64,000 nucleotides of DNA from an uncultured Gemmatimonadaceae bacterium (GCA_963751275.1 CAVVTZ010000011.1:64001-128000), one strand, 5' to 3'. Positions 10,999 to 21,335 are shown, counted from the first letter of the stretch. The notes: generated by a model not told the origin, from the letters alone. Numbers and translations are program-made.

Positions 10999-12786
10999 AT
11001 GCCCGAACTCGAAGAGAAGTCCGTCGACATCGACACCCCGAAGAAGGATCCGCTGAAGGGCCAGCTCCGCCTGCTCGCGCACGGCGACAATCGCTGGGAC
11101 GACGACGAATATTCCGCCGACGAAGAAGCGGCGATGATCGAGTTGTACGCCGGGACCCTCGCCTCCATCGATGAAGGCGAGATCGTCAAGAGCACGGTCC
11201 TGGAGATCCGCGACAACATGGTCATCCTCGACATCGGCTTCAAGTCCGAGGGCGCGGTGCCGTTGGAGGAGTTCAAGGACTTCCCCGACCTCAAGCCCGG
11301 CGACGAAGTCGAGGTCCTGCTCGAGCATCTCGAGGACAACGAAGGCTCGGTCGTCCTCTCCAAGAAGAAAGCCGACTTCATGCGCGTGTGGGAGAAGATC
11401 CGCATGGCGTACGAGTCGGACCAGCCGGTGGAAGGCACCCTGGTCAAGAAGATCAAGGGCGGCGTGGTCGTGGACCTCATGGGCGTCGACGCGTTCCTCC
11501 CCGGGTCGCAGATCGCGCTCCGCCGCGTGCCGAACATCGACGAGCTCCTCGGCCAGAAGTACGAGTTCAAGATCATCAAGCTCAACAAGCGCCGCCGGAA
11601 CATCGTCGTCTCGCGCCGCGTGATCCTGGAAGTCGAGCGCGCCGGCAAGCGCGAGCGGCTCATGAAGGAGCTGCAGAAGGACCAGATCCGGAAGGGCGTG
11701 GTCAAGAACATCACCGACTTCGGCGCGTTCATCGATCTCGGCGGCGTGGACGGACTCCTCCACATCACCGACATGTCGTGGGGCCGCATCTCGCACCCGT
11801 CGGAGATGGTGCAGATCGGCGCTGAGCTCGAGGTCAAGATCCTGGATATCGATTGGGAGCGCGAGCGCATTTCGCTCGGCCTCAAGCAGCTCCAGAGCTA
11901 TCCGTGGAAGGACGTCGCCGAGAAGTACCCGGTGGGCACACGCGTCCAGGGCAAGGTGGTGTCGATCACGAACTACGGCGCGTTCATCGAGCTCGAGCCT
12001 GGCATCGAGGGGCTCGTGCACATCAGCGAGATGAGCTGGACGCGCAACGTGCGCCACCCGAGCAAGCTCGTGTCGATCGGGGAAGTGATCGAGGCGGTGG
12101 TGCTCAAGGTCGATCCGAACGAGGAGAAGATCTCGCTCGGCATGAAGCAGACCGAGCAGGATCCGTGGGTCGTGCTGCCGTACAAGTACCCGGTGGGCAC
12201 GCGCCTCAACGGCAAGGTGCGCAACCTGACGTCGTTCGGCGCCTTCGTGGAGATCGAGCCGGGCATCGACGGCCTGATTCACATCTCCGACATGAGCTGG
12301 ACCAAGCGCGTCCAGCACCCGTCGGAAGTCGTGAAGAAGGGCGATGCGGTGGATGTCGTCATCCTCAACATCGACGCCGACAACAAGCGGATCTCGCTCG
12401 GCCTCAAGCAGGCCGTGGAGGATCCGTGGCTCAAGATCGGCGAGACCTACCCGGTGGGCACCGATCTGCCGGGCAAGGTCGTTCGCTTGATGGACAAGGG
12501 CGTGGTCGTCGACATCGGCAACGATATCGAAGGCTTCGTGCCGATCTCGCAGTTGAGCGTCGGCAAGCCCGTCACGAATCCGGCGGACGCGGTGTACGAG
12601 ACGATGAATCTCGACCTGCGCATCCTCGAGGTGGACCCGATCCACCGCCGCATCGTGCTCGCCGTCACCAACGTCCCCGAAGACCAGCCGCCGCGCCCGG
12701 AGACGCCATCGAAGGTGATCCCGATGGAGTCCGAGGAAGCGATCGTGGAAGTGCCGGCGGATGCGATGGACCAGATCGACGAGTAA
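10999..12786 (+). CDS. rpsA: 30S ribosomal protein S1
   Basis: Repeated S1 domains (DIGFKSEG, AFLPGSQI, ITDFGAFIDLGG, GLVHISEMSW). Confidence 0.98.
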   Translation: MPELEEKSVDIDTPKKDPLKGQLRLLAHGDNRWDDDEYSADEEAAMIELYAGTLASIDEGEIVKSTVLEIRDNMVILDIGFKSEGAVPLEEFKDFPDLKPGDEVEVLLEHLEDNEGSVVLSKKKADFMRVWEKIRMAYESDQPVEGTLVKKIKGGVVVDLMGVDAFLPGSQIALRRVPNIDELLGQKYEFKIIKLNKRRRNIVVSRRVILEVERAGKRERLMKELQKDQIRKGVVKNITDFGAFIDLGGVDGLLHITDMSWGRISHPSEMVQIGAELEVKILDIDWERERISLGLKQLQSYPWKDVAEKYPVGTRVQGKVVSITNYGAFIELEPGIEGLVHISEMSWTRNVRHPSKLVSIGEVIEAVVLKVDPNEEKISLGMKQTEQDPWVVLPYKYPVGTRLNGKVRNLTSFGAFVEIEPGIDGLIHISDMSWTKRVQHPSEVVKKGDAVDVVILNIDADNKRISLGLKQAVEDPWLKIGETYPVGTDLPGKVVRLMDKGVVVDIGNDIEGFVPISQLSVGKPVTNPADAVYETMNLDLRILEVDPIHRRIVLAVTNVPEDQPPRPETPSKVIPMESEEAIVEVPADAMDQIDE

Positions 12787-12795
12787 CGGAACTTC

Positions 12796-12903
12796 GCGGG
12801 AAGCGGGAAGCGGGAAGCGCCGCGGGACGCGAGAACGAACGAGGAGCCCTCGTCTGTTCTCGCATTCCGCGGCGCTTCCCGCTTCCCGCTTCCCGCTTCC
12901 CGC
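12796..12903. repeat. Family B heptamer-armed palindrome
   Basis: (GCGGGAA)3 ... (TTCCCGC)4 with a paired core. Confidence 0.9.
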
Positions 12904-12957
12904 ATTCGTGAGGCGCACGCTCGCGGCCAACAGGCTCCCTCGCTAGGTTCTAGCTCC

Positions 12958-14509
12958 ATGAGCATGCGAGAAAAGCTCGATCTCCTCGAGAAACGCCGCG
13001 CCGAGTCCGAGCTGGGCGGCGGCGCGCAGCGCCTCAAGGCGCAGCACGACAAAGGCAAGCTCTCCGCGCGCGAGCGGCTCGATGTGCTCCTCGATGAAGG
13101 GTCGTTCGTCGAGCTCGACCGCTTCGTCGTCCACCGCTCCTCCGATTTCGGCCTCGAGGACCAGCGCCCCTACGGCGACGGCGTCGTCACCGGCTATGGG
13201 CGCATCGCACGGGCAGCTCGTCTACGTCTTCTCGCAGGACTTCACCGTCTTCGGCGGCTCGCTCTCCGAGTCGCACGCCGAGAAGATCTGCAAGGTGATG
13301 GACCTCGCGGTGCGCAACGGCGCGCCGGTGATCGGGCTCAACGATTCCGGCGGCGCGCGCATCCAGGAGGGCGTCGTGTCGCTCGGCGGCTACGCCGAGA
13401 TCTTCAAGCGCAACACGCTCGCGAGCGGCGTCGTGCCGCAGATCTCGGCGATCCTCGGGCCCTGCGCCGGCGGCGCGGTGTATTCGCCGGCGATCACCGA
13501 CTTCGTGTACATGGTGCGCGGCACGTCGTTCATGTTCGTGACCGGCCCCAACGTGGTGAAGACGGTGACGCATGAGGACGTGACCATGGAGCAGCTCGGC
13601 GGCGCCGATACCCACGCCAGCATGTCGGGCGTCGCGCACTTCGCGCACGATTCGGAGTTCGCCTGCTTGAACGCAGTGCGCGAGATACTGCGGTTCATTC
13701 CTCCGAATAACCTGGCCGAGGCGCCCCGAGGTCCCGGGAGCGATCCGCGTGATCGTCGCGATGAAGCGCTATTGGACATTGTGCCCGATAATGCTGGTAA
13801 GCCGTACGACATGCACGAGGTGCTGCGCCGCGTGGTGGATGACGGCGAGTTCTACGAGGTGCATCGCGACTACGCGCGCAACATTCTCTGCGGCTTCGCG
13901 CATCTCGGCGGGATATCGGTGGGCATCGTGGCGAATCAGCCGGCGGTGCTGGCCGGCGTGCTCGACATCGACGCGAGCGTCAAGGCGGCGCGCTTCATCC
14001 GCTTCTGCGATGCCTTCAACATCCCGATCATCACGTTCGAGGATGTGCCCGGATTCCTGCCGGGGGTCGCGCAGGAGCATCACGGCATCATCCGTCACGG
14101 GGCCAAGCTGCTCTACGCCTACTGCGAGGCGACGGTCCCGAAGCTCACGGTCATCACGCGCAAGGCGTACGGCGGCGCCTACGACGTCATGAGCAGCAAG
14201 CACATCCGCGGTGACTTCAATCTCGCGTGGCCCACCGCCGAGATCGCGGTGATGGGGCCCAAGGGCGCGGTGGAGATCCTCTTCCGCAAGGAGATCGCCG
14301 AGAGCAAGGACCAGGACGCCGCCACCGAACAGAAGATCAACGAGTACCGCGAGAAGTTCGCGCATCCGTACATCGCGGCCGGCCGCGGCTATCTCGATGA
14401 CATCATCGACCCGCGCGAGACGCGGCCGCGCCTGATCGATGCGCTCGAGACGCTGCGTGCCAAGCGCGACCGCAATCCGCCGAAGAAGCATGGCAACATC
14501 CCGCTCTGA
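12958..14509 (+). CDS. pccB: Acyl-CoA (propionyl-CoA-type) carboxylase carboxyltransferase beta subunit (frameshift near 13205)
   Basis: [60 protein letters not shown]. Confidence 0.93.
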
Positions 14510-15015
14510 TGCCGCGTCCCAGCAGCACGCTCCACATCGGCGACACCGCACCGACCTTCAGGCTCACGGACGCCCAGAACGGGGAACCGACATTGCTCGC
14601 GGAGCTGCTGCGTGAGCGCAGCGGTCTGCTGCTCGTGTTCCATCGCGGCTTCTGGTGACCCAATTGCCGCGGGCAGCTCGGGGAGCTGCGTGACGAATGG
14701 CCGCAGTACGAGCGCGCGACGATCGGCATCGCGGCGGTCCTGCCGCAGGCATGCGATCGCATGGCCGAGGCCATCAGGGAATCGAAGAAGGGCTACCCCT
14801 TCCCGATGCTGTGCGATGAGGATCGCGCCGTGATCAAGAAGTACGGCGTATGGCATCCGGTCGGGATCGACGCGTTCAATACGGCGCACCCCGCGTGCTT
14901 CCTCATCGACGCCAAGCGGAAAGTGCGCTTCAGCTTCGTGGGTCGCACGCAGTTCTCGCGCGCCCCGCTCGAGAAGATCCTCGCGACCGCCCTGGAGCCG
15001 CGCGGTGTTCGATAA
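14509..15015 (+). CDS. AhpC/TSA (peroxiredoxin-like) redoxin, probable selenoprotein with in-frame TGA at codon 50
   Basis: ATG 14509: [21 protein letters not shown]...LLLVFHRGFW-[TGA 14656-14658]-PNCRGQLGEL, continuing in frame into ORF 14761..15015 (YPFPMLCD, HPACFLID). Confidence 0.85.
14659..14692 (+). promoter_or_regulatory. Candidate bacterial SECIS element
   Basis: Stem GCAGCTC (14673-79) / GAGCTGC (14683-89) with a GGG loop; 21 nt lie between the UGA and the loop. Confidence 0.65.
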
Positions 15016-16516
15016 GGTCCTGATCGCCAACCGCGGAGAGATCGCGCTGCGCATCGTGCGCGCCTGCCAGGAGATGGGGCTGCGGTCGGTGGCGGTGTAC
15101 AGCGAACCCGACGCCGGCGCGCCGCACGTGCGCGAGGCCGACGAAGCGGTGGCCATCGGCCCGGCGTCGTCGAGCGAGAGCTATCTGCGCGCCGACAAAC
15201 TGATCGAGGCGGCGAAGCGCACCGGTGCGGGGGCGATCCACCCGGGCTACGGATTCCTCGCCGAACGCGAGCATTTCGCGCGCGCGGTGCGCGACGCGGG
15301 CCTGGTGTTCGTCGGTCCGCCGCCGGAAGCGATCGCGGCGCTCGGCAGCAAGACGGCGGCGCGCACGCTGGTGACGCAGGCCGGAGTATCCGTCGTGCCC
15401 GGCACGGCGGAACCGCTGCGCGACGCGGCGGAAGCCGCGCGCATCGCGAAGACATTCGGGTACCCCGTGTTGCTGAAGGCGGCGGCGGGCGGCGGAGGGA
15501 AGGGCATGCGCGTCGTGAAGACGGAAGGCGAACTCGCCGGCGCGCTCGACAGCGCGCGGCGCGAGGCGAAGAACGCCTTCGGCGACGATGCGGTGTACGT
15601 CGAGAAATTCATCTCGGGGCCGCGCCACGTGGAGATCCAGGTGCTCGGCGACACGCACGGCACCATGCTGTCACTCGGCGAGCGCGAATGCTCCGTGCAG
15701 CGGCGCCACCAGAAGATGATCGAGGAGGCGCCCAGCGTCGCCGTCACGCCCGAGCTGCGGAAGCGGATGGGCGAGACCGCGGTGAAGGCGGCGCGCGCGG
15801 CGGGTTACGTGAACGCCGGCACGTGCGAGTTCCTGCTCGATCGCGACGGCAATTTCTACTTTCTGGAGATGAACACGCGGCTCCAGGTGGAACATCCGGT
15901 CACCGAACTCGTGACGGGTATCGACATCGTGCAGTGGCAGCTGCGCATCGCGCGCGGCGAGCGGCTGCCCTTCACGCAGGAACAGTTGGCGCCGCGCGGC
16001 TGGGCCATCGAGTGCCGCATCACGAGCGAGGATCCCTCGAACGACTTCCTGCCGTCCACGGGCCGCATCTCGTACTTGCGTCTCCCCGGCGGACCGGGCG
16101 TGCGGTGGGATGGCGGCATCGGCATCGGCACCGAAGTGGGCCTCCATTACGACCCCATGCTCGCCAAGCTCATCGTGTGGGCGCCCACGCGCGATGCCGC
16201 GATCGCGCGCATGCACCGCGCGCTGCTCGAGTTGACGGTGGAAGGCGTCGAGACCTCGCGCGATTTCCATCTGCGCGTGATGGAAGATGACGACTTCCGG
16301 AAGGGCGCGATCGACATCCAGTGGCTCGAGCGCCGCCTCGCTTCGCTCACCGGTGTTGCGCCTCCGCCCGGCGGCGATCTCGCCGCCGCGATCGCCGCCG
16401 CGCTGTTAGCGGAGGAGGAGCGCACGATGCGGCGTATCCCTTCTACGTCCTCATCTCCGGACGCTGGCAGTGGCGCCTGGCAGCTCGCCGCCCGCCGCGA
16501 GGCCCTGCGCGAATGA
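15005..16516 (+). CDS. accC: Biotin carboxylase
   Basis: KVLIANRGEIA, HPGYGFLAE, GGGGKGMR, CSVQRRHQK, EMNTRLQVEH, YDPMLAKL. Confidence 0.95.
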   Translation: MFDKVLIANRGEIALRIVRACQEMGLRSVAVYSEPDAGAPHVREADEAVAIGPASSSESYLRADKLIEAAKRTGAGAIHPGYGFLAEREHFARAVRDAGLVFVGPPPEAIAALGSKTAARTLVTQAGVSVVPGTAEPLRDAAEAARIAKTFGYPVLLKAAAGGGGKGMRVVKTEGELAGALDSARREAKNAFGDDAVYVEKFISGPRHVEIQVLGDTHGTMLSLGERECSVQRRHQKMIEEAPSVAVTPELRKRMGETAVKAARAAGYVNAGTCEFLLDRDGNFYFLEMNTRLQVEHPVTELVTGIDIVQWQLRIARGERLPFTQEQLAPRGWAIECRITSEDPSNDFLPSTGRISYLRLPGGPGVRWDGGIGIGTEVGLHYDPMLAKLIVWAPTRDAAIARMHRALLELTVEGVETSRDFHLRVMEDDDFRKGAIDIQWLERRLASLTGVAPPPGGDLAAAIAAALLAEEERTMRRIPSTSSSPDAGSGAWQLAARREALRE

Positions 16517-16536
16517 GGACCCACCGCCGTTCACCT

Positions 16537-16557
16537 TCAGTCGTCAGTCGTCAGTCG
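16537..16557 (+). repeat. Tandem heptamer (TCAGTCG)3
   Basis: Three exact copies immediately before ATG 16558. Confidence 0.8.
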
Positions 16558-17786
16558 ATGTCCGCCGTCATGGACGTCACCGCCATCGCCGCCGGCGGCG
16601 ACGGCGTCGCTCGCCACGAGGGACTCGTGGTCTTCACACCGCGCACCGCGCCCGGCGACCGCGCGCAGATCGACTTCCTGCCGGGTCCGCGATTCGCGCG
16701 CGGCGCGCTGCGCTCGCTCGAGACACGCGTCGGCCGGATCGCGTGGAGCCGGCCTGCGCGCACTACACGCGCGACAAGTGCGGCGGCTGTCAGATCCAGC
16801 ATCTCGCGTACGACGCGCAGCGCGCCGTGAAGGCGCGCATCGTCAGCGATTCGCTTCAACGCATCGGCCATCGCGACGTGGCGCCGCCGGAAGTGCGCCC
16901 GTCGCCGTCGCCCTGGCGCTACCGCGACAAGCTCACCCTCGCGATGCGCCGCCGTGGCGCGCAGTGGTACGCGGGGCTGCACCCGTACGACGCGCCGGGC
17001 CGGGTGTTCGCGCTGGCCGATTGCCCGATCACCGACGAGCGGGTGCTGGCCGTGTGGCGCGACGTGCTCGCGCACGGCGCCGATCTCCCGGACGCGCTGG
17101 AGCTGCGCGGCGCCGTGCGGCTCGAAGGCGACGCCGCGTCGTTCGCGCTCGAGGGCGGCGTGTCGTGGCCGGCGAGCGAGAAGTTCTTCGCGCGCGTGGC
17201 GTCCATCGCGTCCCTCTGGTGGACGCCGGAGGGCGGAGCGCGGCGCCGGATCGGCCATCGCGGCGCCGATGCGGCGCCAGGCGCATCGTTCGCGCAGGTG
17301 AACGCCGCGCTGGCGCCGGCGCTGCAGCGCCACGCGCTCGAGCGCGCCATGGCGCATCGGCCCGCCACGCTCGTGGATGCCTACGCCGGACTCGGCGACA
17401 CCGCCGCGGGTGCGGCGCAGGCGGGGGTGCGCGTGACGGCGATCGAGCTGGACGAGGACGCCGCCGCGTGGTGCGCGAAGCGTCTCCCGCCGGGCTCGCG
17501 CGTGGTCGCGGCCCGCGTCGAGGACATGCTCGAAGGCGCGCTGCCGGCCGACGTCGTGGTGCTCAACCCGCCGCGCGCCGGCGTGGACGCCGCGGTGACC
17601 GCGCTCCTCGAGACCGGCGCCGGCGCGACGCGCGCCGTGATCTATGTGAGCTGCGATCCCGCGACACTCGCGCGCGACCTCGCGCGCATGCCGCGCTGGC
17701 GCATCGCGTCGCTGGTCTGCTTCGATATGTTCCCGCAGACCGCGCACGTCGAGACCGTGTGCGAACTCGTGCCGGAGGTCGCGTGA
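16558..17786 (+). CDS. TrmA/RlmD-family RNA (uracil-5)-methyltransferase (frameshift near 16725)
   Basis: TRAM-like N-terminus (GGDGVARHEG), CGGCQIQH, SFAQVN, NPPRAG, YVSCDPATLARD, DMFPQTAHVE. Confidence 0.88.
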
Positions 17787-18283
17787 AGTACATCGTGGAC
17801 GTGCGCGGCACGCGGATCACCGTCGATCTCGAGCCCGGCCTCGCGTCGGTGGATGGCGTTCAGTCTCCCGCCGCATTGCGCGCCGTGGAGGGCACGCCGG
17901 TGCGGCTCGTCACGATCGGCACCGCGGTGCACCGCGTGGTGGTGCGCCGCCGCGCCGGCCGCGGCGCCTACACGCTCTGGATCGATGGATTCAGCTATGA
18001 CGTGGAGGCGCTCGACGAGCGCACCCGCACGATCCGCGATCTCACCGCCGCCGCCGCGGGACCCGCCGGCCCCGTGCCGCTGCTCGCGCCGATGCCGGGT
18101 CTCGTCGTCCGCGTCAATGTGAAGGCCGGCGACACCGTGGAGGCCGGCCAGGGGCTCATCGTGATGGAAGCGATGAAGATGGAGAACGAACTCCGCGCGC
18201 AGGGTGCCGGCGTCGTGAAGGCCGTGCGCGTCGCCCCCGGCGATGCGGTGGAAAAGGGCGCCACTCTCGTGGAAATGGAGTGA
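17783..18283 (+). CDS. Biotin carboxyl carrier protein
   Basis: APMPGLVV, MEAMKMENE biotinylation motif. Confidence 0.93.
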   Translation: MKYIVDVRGTRITVDLEPGLASVDGVQSPAALRAVEGTPVRLVTIGTAVHRVVVRRRAGRGAYTLWIDGFSYDVEALDERTRTIRDLTAAAAGPAGPVPLLAPMPGLVVRVNVKAGDTVEAGQGLIVMEAMKMENELRAQGAGVVKAVRVAPGDAVEKGATLVEME

Positions 18284-18380
18284 GCCGCGGGCCGCAACGT
18301 CCGAGCCGTCCGCCGCGTTCTATTGATATCTTTCAGCGCTTCATCGCACTGCCCAAACTCCAAACGCTCCGGAGCCACAC

Positions 18381-19163
18381 ATGAAGGTCGGACGCACCGC
18401 CGCTGTCGCTCTCGCGCTCACCGTGCTCGCGAGTCTCGCTCCCGCGCAGTCCGCGTTCGGCGGATTCTATGTCGGAGCGACCGCCGGCTATGGCTACGGG
18501 TCGATGAAGACGACGGAGCAGGTGAGTGACACCGGCGGGGACTACTTCGCCGAGTCCAGCCTTGGCGCGATCAACGCGGCCGGCGCGCACAGCGCGAACC
18601 CCGGGAGCGTCACCGGCGGGATCACCGCGGGCTACAGCCTCGTCGCCAAGAACTGGCTGCTCGGCTTCGAAGTGGACTACAGCGCATTGAGCATGAGCAC
18701 GTCGTCGAGCACGACGCAGACCTATCCCTGCTGCGACGCGCAGTTCACCATCGACCAGTCGGTGAAGGCCAGCTCACTCGGCACCGTCCGGCTCCGCTTT
18801 GGCTACGTGGAGCCCCAGTGGCTGTTCTACGGCACCGGCGGGATCACCTTCGGCACGGTGAAGTACACAGAGCACTTCACCGATACGTACGCGGACGCCG
18901 ATGAGTCCGCGTCGAAGTCCTCGGCGCAGACGGGCTGGACGGCCGGCGCCGGCGCCGAGTACCTCCTCGCGCCCGCGAGCAAATGGTCGGTGAAGGCGGA
19001 GTACCTGTACGCCAGCCTCGGGACCATGACCGGCACGAGCAACAGCCTGACCGCGTCTGACGGTGAGGACGGCCGGACTTCCTTCCCGGCCGTGACGTTC
19101 ACGCACACGGCCGCAGTGAGCATGAACCTGATCCGGGTGGGGATCAACTACCACTTTCGGTAG
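18381..19163 (+). CDS. Outer-membrane beta-barrel protein, Omp25/Omp31-like
   Basis: Signal peptide, GFYVGATAGYG, GTVRLRFGY, GWTAGAGAEY, WSVKAEYLY, C-terminal RVGINYHF. Confidence 0.85.
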   Translation: MKVGRTAAVALALTVLASLAPAQSAFGGFYVGATAGYGYGSMKTTEQVSDTGGDYFAESSLGAINAAGAHSANPGSVTGGITAGYSLVAKNWLLGFEVDYSALSMSTSSSTTQTYPCCDAQFTIDQSVKASSLGTVRLRFGYVEPQWLFYGTGGITFGTVKYTEHFTDTYADADESASKSSAQTGWTAGAGAEYLLAPASKWSVKAEYLYASLGTMTGTSNSLTASDGEDGRTSFPAVTFTHTAAVSMNLIRVGINYHFR

Positions 19164-19196
19164 CCCCGGGGAGTAGAACCCCGAACGCCGCTATTC

Positions 19197-19314
19197 GAAC
19201 CTCGAACCGCGTCATTGGTCCCCCGAACGCCGTTAGTAACGAGGGGTTCGTAGTAACACGAACCCCTCGTTACTAACGGCGTTCGGGGGACCAATCACGC
19301 AGTTCGGGGCGTTC
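19197..19314. repeat. Family A long palindrome, copy 2
   Basis: GAACCTCGAACCGCGTCATTGGTCCCCCGAACGCCGTT / AACGGCGTTCGGGGGACCAATCACGCAGTTC with a different palindromic core. Confidence 0.9.
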
Positions 19315-19316
19315 CG

Positions 19317-19345
19317 TTGACACGACCTAACTCCTTAACTAGCTT
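19317..19345 (+). promoter_or_regulatory. Sigma70 promoter of the rplM operon
   Basis: TTGACA-N17-TAGCTT. Confidence 0.75.
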
Positions 19346-19380
19346 AAGTGTCTGTAGAAAAAAGGCCCCTAAGGAACTTT

Positions 19381-19830
19381 ATGAAGACTTTCTCCGCTAA
19401 ACCGACCGATATCACCGCGAACTGGTTCGTGGTCGACGCCGAGGATCTCGTCCTCGGACGCCTGGCCACCGAAGTCGCGCGCATCATCCGCGGCAAGCAC
19501 AAGCCGATCTTCACGCCCCACATGGACACCGGCGATCACGTCATCGTGATCAACGCCTCCAAGGTGAAGGTCACCGGCCGCAAGGCGGAGCAGAAGCGCT
19601 ACTTCCGGCACACCGGCTACATGGGTCACGAGCGCTTCACGCCGTACGCGTCCATGCTGGCCAAGCACCCGGAGCGCGTGATCGAGAAGGCGGTGTTCGG
19701 CATGCTGCCGAAAACCGCGCTCGGCCGCCAAAAGCTCCGTCTCAAGCTCAAGGTCTACGCGGGCGCCGAGCATCCGCACGTCGCGCAGCAGCCGAAGGTC
19801 CTCAACCTCAAGAACAGCGAGAGCAAGTGA
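19381..19830 (+). CDS. rplM: 50S ribosomal protein L13
   Basis: [35 protein letters not shown]. Confidence 0.98.
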   Translation: MKTFSAKPTDITANWFVVDAEDLVLGRLATEVARIIRGKHKPIFTPHMDTGDHVIVINASKVKVTGRKAEQKRYFRHTGYMGHERFTPYASMLAKHPERVIEKAVFGMLPKTALGRQKLRLKLKVYAGAEHPHVAQQPKVLNLKNSESK

Positions 19831-20219
19831 TGGCTGACGTCACGCACGCGATCGGACGGCGCAAGGAAAGCGTCTGCCGCATCTATCTTCGGCCGGGTTC
19901 GGGCAAGTGGGATGTCAACGGGCGCACGCTCGGCGATTACTTCCCGCGGCCCACGCTCGTGTCGTCGATCCAGCAGCCGTTCACCATCACCGACAACCTC
20001 GGCCGCTGGGACGTGAAGGCGACCATCGAGGGGGGCGGGGTGAGCGGTCAGGCGGGTGCGCTGCGGCTCGCCGCCGCGCGCGCGCTGGTCAAGATCGACG
20101 AAGTGCACCGTCGCAAGCTGCGTGACCTCGGGCTCCTGACGCGCGATGCGCGCGCCGTGGAGCGCAAGAAGCCGGGCCGTCCGAAGGCGCGCAAGCGGTT
20201 CCAGTTCAGCAAGCGGTAA
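19830..20219 (+). CDS. rpsI: 30S ribosomal protein S9
   Basis: GRRKES, GGGVSGQAGA, KARKRFQFSKR. Confidence 0.98.
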   Translation: MADVTHAIGRRKESVCRIYLRPGSGKWDVNGRTLGDYFPRPTLVSSIQQPFTITDNLGRWDVKATIEGGGVSGQAGALRLAAARALVKIDEVHRRKLRDLGLLTRDARAVERKKPGRPKARKRFQFSKR

Positions 20220-20265
20220 CCAGTTCACTCGCGGAGAGCGATGGACTGTCCATCGCTCCCGCGCA

Positions 20266-20352
20266 TCTCACACGTTCCCCGAGCTGCGGTGGGGGTGCCG
20301 GGTTCCGCCCGGTCCACCAAGGCGCCGACGGGAACGGCGGACTCAACCAGGA
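20266..20352 (+). ncRNA. rpsB 5' leader (t44 / S2 autoregulatory RNA); boundaries approximate
   Basis: CACACGT...GGGGTGCC...GGTC...GGGAACGGCGGACTCAACC resembles the conserved rpsB leader and sits directly upstream of rpsB. Confidence 0.7.
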
Positions 20353-20367
20353 AGGAAGAAAACCAGA

Positions 20368-21282
20368 ATGACGTCACCCACCCTCGAGCAATTGCTCGCT
20401 GCCGGGGTCCACTTCGGGCACCAGACCCGCCGTTGGAATCCCAAGATGCGCCGGTTCATCTTCGCCGAGCGCAACGGCATCCACATCATCGACCTGCAGA
20501 AGACGCTCCGTCAGATCGACCTCGCGCAGAAGATGTGCCGCGACACGATCCTGAAGGGCGACAGCGTGCTCTTCGTCTGCACCAAGAAGCAGCTGAAGGG
20601 GATCGTGCAGGCCGAGGCCGAGAAGTGCGGCGCGATGTTCGTGACCGAACGCTGGCTCGGCGGCCTCCTCACCAACTTCCAGACGGTGAAGAAGCAGATC
20701 CGCCGCCTGAAGGACCTCGAGGCGGGGAGTGAGGAAGGCGGCGAGTTCGGGAACTACACGAAGAAAGAGCAGCTCATGATGAACCGGGAGAAGGAGAAGC
20801 TGGCCAAGTATCTCTCGGGCATCAAGAACATGGGCCGCCTGCCGGGCCTCATGATCGTGATCGACTCCCGCAAGGAGAAGATCGCGGTCACGGAAGCGAA
20901 CAAGCTGCATATCCCGATCGTCGCGATCGTCGATACGAACGCGGATCCGGACCTGATCACGGTGCCGATCGCGGGCAACGACGACGCGATCCGGAGCGTG
21001 GAGCTGATCACGCAGACGCTGGCCGACGCGATCGGGGATGCCCGCCGCGAGGCGCCGAAGCACGATGAGCTCGAGGATGAAGAAGGCGCGACGACGTACA
21101 GCTCCGACCGCGGCAGCGAGCCGGCCGACGAAGGCGACCGCAAGCGCCGCAAGCGCACGCGCCGCCGCCGGGCCAAGCCGGAAGCGATCGCCGCGCGACT
21201 GAAGACGGGAGAGCCGGGTGAGCCGGCCGCGGATGCGGCCGATTCCTCCGAGGCTGGAACAACCGAAGACGCAGCCGAGTAG
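20368..21282 (+). CDS. rpsB: 30S ribosomal protein S2
   Basis: AGVHFGHQTRRWNPKM, RWLGGLLTN, GNDDAIRS; long charged tail. Confidence 0.98.
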   Translation: MTSPTLEQLLAAGVHFGHQTRRWNPKMRRFIFAERNGIHIIDLQKTLRQIDLAQKMCRDTILKGDSVLFVCTKKQLKGIVQAEAEKCGAMFVTERWLGGLLTNFQTVKKQIRRLKDLEAGSEEGGEFGNYTKKEQLMMNREKEKLAKYLSGIKNMGRLPGLMIVIDSRKEKIAVTEANKLHIPIVAIVDTNADPDLITVPIAGNDDAIRSVELITQTLADAIGDARREAPKHDELEDEEGATTYSSDRGSEPADEGDRKRRKRTRRRRAKPEAIAARLKTGEPGEPAADAADSSEAGTTEDAAE

Positions 21283-21335
21283 ACGCGGCTGCACCCGGGG
21301 ACTCGTGCCGGGCCGACTTATTTGGTAAACTGTCT

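Noticed and set aside
10801..12930. Long antisense and alternate-frame ORFs (e.g. 709 aa opposite rpsA, 786 aa at 31345-33705, 719 aa at 43409-45568)
   Set aside because: Shadow ORFs expected from high GC3 codon bias; Arg/Ala-rich with no recognisable motifs
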